64,000 nt of DNA, from positions 352,001-416,000 of the forward strand of contig CAVSDR010000006.1 in NCBI GenBank assembly GCA_963726745.1, given 5' to 3'. Both the position numbers and the translations under genes were made by a program. Position 1 is the first letter of the stretch; each line of letters opens with the position of its first letter. Under the pieces are notes generated by a model, which worked only from the letters and a program-made list of their open reading frames with translations, did no database searches and was not told the origin of the DNA. This DNA comes from an uncultured Verrucomicrobiae bacterium (lineage in GTDB: Bacteria > Verrucomicrobiota > Verrucomicrobiia > Chthoniobacterales > UBA10450). Below, in pieces: positions 58,756 to 64,000 of the stretch.

Positions 58756-59660
58756 GCATTCCGCAAGTCGCGGAAGCTGCGGCGGATGGCGCGCGGATGC
58801 GCCAAAGTAACCAGCATTTTGCACAGGACCGCGCGCACTTCGCTCCGCGGCATTTTGATCTTTCGCTGGCGGATTTCCGGTCCGGCTGCGCGCAATAAGG
58901 CCAGCGTCCGCGCGCCGATCAAGGCCGGCAAAACGGTGGCCAGGCGCAGCCGAAACGAGCGCAGCGCGCAGGAATATTCCACGCCGGCGGCGAGACCCTC
59001 TTCGGCCCGCGCGAGCCACGGCGCAGGAGCGCCATCCGGGAGGTAGGAACGCCCGGCAGCAAGATCCGCCGGGAGGTCGCGCAGGATGTTGATCAATTGC
59101 AGCCCTTTCCCGTAGGCGATCCCCAGCCGCACCATTTCGGCGGGTGGTTTGGTTGCGAAATTCGGCAAATGAAGCGCGCAGATCTTGCTCCAAAATTCGC
59201 CGACCGCTCCGGCCACGAGATAAGTGTAGCGCTCGAGCTCCGCTGCGGTCTGCACCTCCCCGCGTTGCAGGTCGAGCATCTGGCCTTCGGTGATGTGCCG
59301 GAGCACGTCCCGGATTTCGCGTTGCTCGACTGCGGACAGACGATGCAGCCAGGCGAGCACTTCCGGGACGGCCTCGAGCAGCGCGCGCTCCGAGGGATTG
59401 CTCTGCCGCTGCGCGAACCTGGTAAACGACATCTCGCTGCCTAACGACTCGTCTTGGATCAGGCGCGCCAGTCGCTGCAGTTCTGCCTCTCGCAGTTCCA
59501 CCTCGATCGCCACCGTGTCGGCCAGCGTATCGGTCGCCCGCGCCAACAGATACGCCACCGCGATCGGGTCGCGCAGTTTCGCCGGAAGCAGCCGAATCGA
59601 GAGATAGAAGGAGCGCGAGACCGCGCGCAGGATCGGCCCGCGTAGTTTCGCGCGCTTCAT
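58752..59660 (-). CDS. Squalene/phytoene synthase family protein
   Basis: VSRSFY, YLLARATDT.AD, YTYLVAG.VG, GLQLINILRD..ADL..GRSYLP. Confidence 0.88.
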   Translation of the reverse strand: MKRAKLRGPILRAVSRSFYLSIRLLPAKLRDPIAVAYLLARATDTLADTVAIEVELREAELQRLARLIQDESLGSEMSFTRFAQRQSNPSERALLEAVPEVLAWLHRLSAVEQREIRDVLRHITEGQMLDLQRGEVQTAAELERYTYLVAGAVGEFWSKICALHLPNFATKPPAEMVRLGIAYGKGLQLINILRDLPADLAAGRSYLPDGAPAPWLARAEEGLAAGVEYSCALRSFRLRLATVLPALIGARTLALLRAAGPEIRQRKIKMPRSEVRAVLCKMLVTLAHPRAIRRSFRDLRNA

Positions 59661-60694
59661 CGTCCGACCTCCCGCACCGGGATGCGCGCCGGATCGGCTT
59701 CGCCCAACCCGAGTGCGCCGGCCGCGGCCACGTGCCCCGCCTGTTCTTCGAGCGCTGGAAGGTGCGCCCCGCGGCGCAATTGCTCCAGGCGCGCGAGCGC
59801 GAGCGTGTCGATCGCCACCGGGTCGCGGCTGGCGAAGAGCGTGGCCTCGTGCACCGCGTAGTTTGGCTGCGACTCGGGACCGTCGGCGTAAGCCGCGACC
59901 AGGCCGTCCATCAAGTGCAGCACGACTTTCTTGGCGATCGCCGGCTCGGCATAAACTCCGGCGAGCGCGCTCGCGCTCACCCGGCCGTATTGGGTGTAGC
60001 GCCGGCTGTTATCGATGTTCGGCAAAGTCATGTTGTAGAGGCAGCCGGCCACTCCGGTGGTTTCGCTCGCGCTCAGCACCGGAAGGTTGATCACCTTCGT
60101 CACCTGCTGCGTGAGGATCTTTGCCAGGTGGCTTTCGTTGCTCGTGTTCTCGGTTTCGCTGGAGATCGGATTGGCGCCGAAATGCGGCACGTAACGCAGG
60201 TCGCCCCAGATTAATTTTCCGAGCAAGGGCGATGTGATCGCGGCCGTGCCGTCGTAGCCAGTCCGCGGCTCGATCCCCACGAGTCGGTAACCATTGGCTC
60301 GATAGCCAGCAGCCTTGGCCCCTTCGATTTGTCGGTCCCAGACGATGATGTTTTCCGCGGGAACGCCGGCCGCGCGCAGGCCGGCCACGACCGCCTCCAC
60401 CACCGCCGCATGCGTAGTGAAGAGCTCGCCACCCGCGGCGCAAACCTTGAGGCCTACTTTGTCTTTTGGATCCACCAGCGTGCGCCAGGCGGCACCGATC
60501 TCGCGCGCGCCCGTGAGCGCGAGCAGCAGGCGATCGACCATCCCGCGGACCACCGCGCGATCGACCTGGTATTGCCGGATCGCCGCCGGATCGCGCGCTA
60601 CGAAGACCGGCGCCGGCACCGCTTCCGCGGGAAGAATGCCGGCAAAAAAAGCGAGGGCGCAGGCCGCGATCGGCAAGATAGTGGAGCGATGCAA
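59657..60694 (-). CDS. Exported DUF362-like protein
   Basis: Signal peptide, D.VGLKV, IIVWDR, INLPVL, MDGL....GP, DPVAID; start approximate. Confidence 0.7.
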   Translation of the reverse strand: MHRSTILPIAACALAFFAGILPAEAVPAPVFVARDPAAIRQYQVDRAVVRGMVDRLLLALTGAREIGAAWRTLVDPKDKVGLKVCAAGGELFTTHAAVVEAVVAGLRAAGVPAENIIVWDRQIEGAKAAGYRANGYRLVGIEPRTGYDGTAAITSPLLGKLIWGDLRYVPHFGANPISSETENTSNESHLAKILTQQVTKVINLPVLSASETTGVAGCLYNMTLPNIDNSRRYTQYGRVSASALAGVYAEPAIAKKVVLHLMDGLVAAYADGPESQPNYAVHEATLFASRDPVAIDTLALARLEQLRRGAHLPALEEQAGHVAAAGALGLGEADPARIPVREVGR

Positions 60695-60751
60695 AGCGCG
60701 GCCAACTTCCAACGCTCCCCCTCGCCCGTCCAACGGGGAGAACGCGGACCG

Positions 60752-61846
60752 GTGCGCCATCTCTATGTGCATATTCCCTTCTGCGCGCGCATCTGCCCGT
60801 ATTGCGCCTTTTACAAGGAGCGCGCCGATCCCGCGCAAACGCAGCGTTTCTGCGAGGCGCTGCTTTTGGAACTCGAAGGCCTCAGGGCCGCGCATCCGCT
60901 CGCGCCGGAGACGATCTTTTTCGGCGGCGGCACGCCGACCGCGCTCAGCACCGCGCAGCTGGAGTTTCTCCTTGGCGGATTTAGCCAGCAACTTGACCTC
61001 ACGCGCCTGGCCGAGTGGACCATGGAAGCGAATCCCGGGAGCATCTCGCCGCGCAAAGCGGAGGCGTTGCGCGCGGCCGGGATCACGCGCCTGAGCCTGG
61101 GCGTGCAATCGTGGGACGACGGCCTCCTGCAGCTGCTCGGCCGGGAGCACAACGCCGCGCAGGCCGAGCTTTCGTTTCACCTCTTGCGCGCGGCCGGCCA
61201 CCGGAATTTAAACATCGATTTGATGTTCGGGTTGCCCGGGCAAACGCTCGCGCAATGGGAAGCGACGCTCCTGAAAACCGTCTCGTTAGGCCCGGAACAT
61301 GTCTCCGCCTATTGCCTGACCTACGAGGAGGACACGGAGTTTTTCCGGCGCCAGGCGCGCGGCGAATACCGGCAGGACGAGTCGAGCGATGCGCGCTTTT
61401 TCGAAACGACCATGCGCACCCTGGAGGCGGCCGGGTATCGGCAATACGAGATCTCGAATTACGCGCGGCCGGGCTACGAATCGGTGCACAACCGCGGCTA
61501 TTGGAGCGGCGCGGATTATCTCGGCGTGGGGCCGAGCGCCTTCTCCACGATCGGGCTCGAGCGCCGGCAAAACGTGGCCGATTACCGGATCTACAGCGAC
61601 CGGGTGCATGCGGGCGAAAGCCCGGTCGCTTCGGTCGAGCCGCTCACGCCGGAAATGAAGCGCGGGGAACAGATCGCCCTGCTCCTGCGCACCCGCGAGG
61701 GCGTGCCGCAGGAGTGGCTCGACGCGTGGCCTAACGAGTGCACGGAGTTTCGCGAGCTGGGGTTGCTCGCGGAATTAGACAGCCATTTCATCCTCACGGA
61801 AAAAGGCAAGCTGCTGGCCGACACCGTGGCCGCGGCCTTCGTGTGA
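60752..61846 (+). CDS. hemW: Radical SAM heme chaperone HemW (HemN-like)
   Basis: LYVHIPFC..ICPYCAF, FFGGGTP, EANP, RLSLGVQS, DLMFGLPGQ, YEISNY. Confidence 0.9.
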   Translation: MRHLYVHIPFCARICPYCAFYKERADPAQTQRFCEALLLELEGLRAAHPLAPETIFFGGGTPTALSTAQLEFLLGGFSQQLDLTRLAEWTMEANPGSISPRKAEALRAAGITRLSLGVQSWDDGLLQLLGREHNAAQAELSFHLLRAAGHRNLNIDLMFGLPGQTLAQWEATLLKTVSLGPEHVSAYCLTYEEDTEFFRRQARGEYRQDESSDARFFETTMRTLEAAGYRQYEISNYARPGYESVHNRGYWSGADYLGVGPSAFSTIGLERRQNVADYRIYSDRVHAGESPVASVEPLTPEMKRGEQIALLLRTREGVPQEWLDAWPNECTEFRELGLLAELDSHFILTEKGKLLADTVAAAFV

Positions 61847-61853
61847 GCCCTCG

Positions 61854-62567
61854 TTAGACCCCGCCGTAGCGGCGCTGGCGCCGGCCGTATTCCTCCACCG
61901 CGGCGCGGAGGTCGGCGCGGTTGAAATCGGGCCAGAGCTTCGGGGTGATGAACATCTCGGTGTAGGAAAGCTGCCAGAGCAGGAAGTTTGAAATCCGCAT
62001 CTCGCCGGAGGTGCGAATGAGTAAATCCGGGTCGGGATAATAGCGCGTGTAGAGATGTTTCCCGAAGGTCTCGGGATCGATCATGGCGCTGTCTAAATGT
62101 CCCGCCTCGACCTCGCGCAGGAGGCTCTTGACCGCATCCACGATCTCCAACCGGCCGCCGTAGCTGAGCGCGAGCACGAGCGTGAGACCGTTGTTGCCCG
62201 CGGTTTTCTCGATCGATCGATGCAGCTGCCGCTGACAGCTCGCTGGCAAATCAGTCAGCCGGCCGATCGCCTGCAGGCGGACGTTTTTCTCCAGCAATTC
62301 AGGCGTCTTCTCCTTCAGGAACTTTTCCAGCAGATGCATCAAGGCCGAGACTTCCATCTTCGGCCGCTGCCAGTTCTCCGCGGAGAAAGCGTAGAGCGTG
62401 AGGAACTCGATCTTCAGCTCGCCGCAGCCCTCGACGCACTCGCGCACGGCTTCCGCGCCTTGTTCGTGACCCTTGATCCGCGGCAGCCCACGCTCCTTCG
62501 CCCAGCGGCCGTTGCCGTCCATGATAATGGCGACGTGGCGCGGGATCGTCGACGGAATCTCGGCCAT
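61854..62567 (-). CDS. uppS: Undecaprenyl diphosphate synthase
   Basis: HVAIIMDGNGRWA, YAFSAENWQRP, DPDLLIRTSGE.RISNFLLWQ, RRYGG. Confidence 0.96.
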   Translation of the reverse strand: MAEIPSTIPRHVAIIMDGNGRWAKERGLPRIKGHEQGAEAVRECVEGCGELKIEFLTLYAFSAENWQRPKMEVSALMHLLEKFLKEKTPELLEKNVRLQAIGRLTDLPASCQRQLHRSIEKTAGNNGLTLVLALSYGGRLEIVDAVKSLLREVEAGHLDSAMIDPETFGKHLYTRYYPDPDLLIRTSGEMRISNFLLWQLSYTEMFITPKLWPDFNRADLRAAVEEYGRRQRRYGGV

Positions 62568-62572
62568 GCGCG

Positions 62573-64000
<1,428 letters not shown>

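Larger units (their letters stand above)
378..61858. repeat. Dispersed over-represented motif (G)CCTAACGA / TCGTTAGG(C)
   Basis: 29 exact 8-mers counted by hand (16 plus, 13 minus); see findings. Confidence 0.85.
374..62096. repeat. Dispersed over-represented motif GCTGNCTAA / TTAGNCAGC
   Basis: 29 copies counted by hand (16 plus, 13 minus); see findings. Confidence 0.8.

Noticed and set aside
374..62096. Chi or KOPS identity for the enriched motifs
   Set aside because: Both motifs occur about equally on both strands (16 vs 13) and are interspersed along the window, unlike replichore-polarised signals.

Overview
High-GC (roughly 65%, estimated by eye) bacterial chromosomal window. It is densely coding and mostly housekeeping: recO, nadE, ispD, fabD, a nuoD-N complex I operon, two PilT-family ATPases, hemA/hemC/cobA-hemD/ccsA, apt, queF, queA, glyA, zwf/opcA, hemW, uppS and purA. 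Gene content and style suggest Verrucomicrobiota (Spartobacteria/Chthoniobacterales-like); this is inference only. About eleven single-base frameshifts in otherwise intact, often essential genes point to uncorrected long-read indels. No rRNA, tRNA, CRISPR array or transposase was seen. The most unusual signals are: (1) two overlapping, non-palindromic motifs with a CTAA core, (G)CCTAACGA and GCTGNCTAA, each counted by hand about 29 times on both strands (about 1.3 expected), often written into genes through rare synonymous codons and stop codons, resembling an undescribed DNA-uptake-like or protein-binding signal; (2) a GxxExxY nuclease-family gene bracketed exactly by a 28-bp inverted repeat between nuoF and nuoG, like an intervening sequence, plus an ORF-less tandem-unit hairpin before queF; (3) a dedicated GrpE / lidless Hsp70 / J-like-TerB-like-FGE cassette upstream of pilT/pilU; (4) two BamE-like lipoproteins inside the nuo operon, and NuoE-NuoF and LMW-PTP-GlyA fusions.
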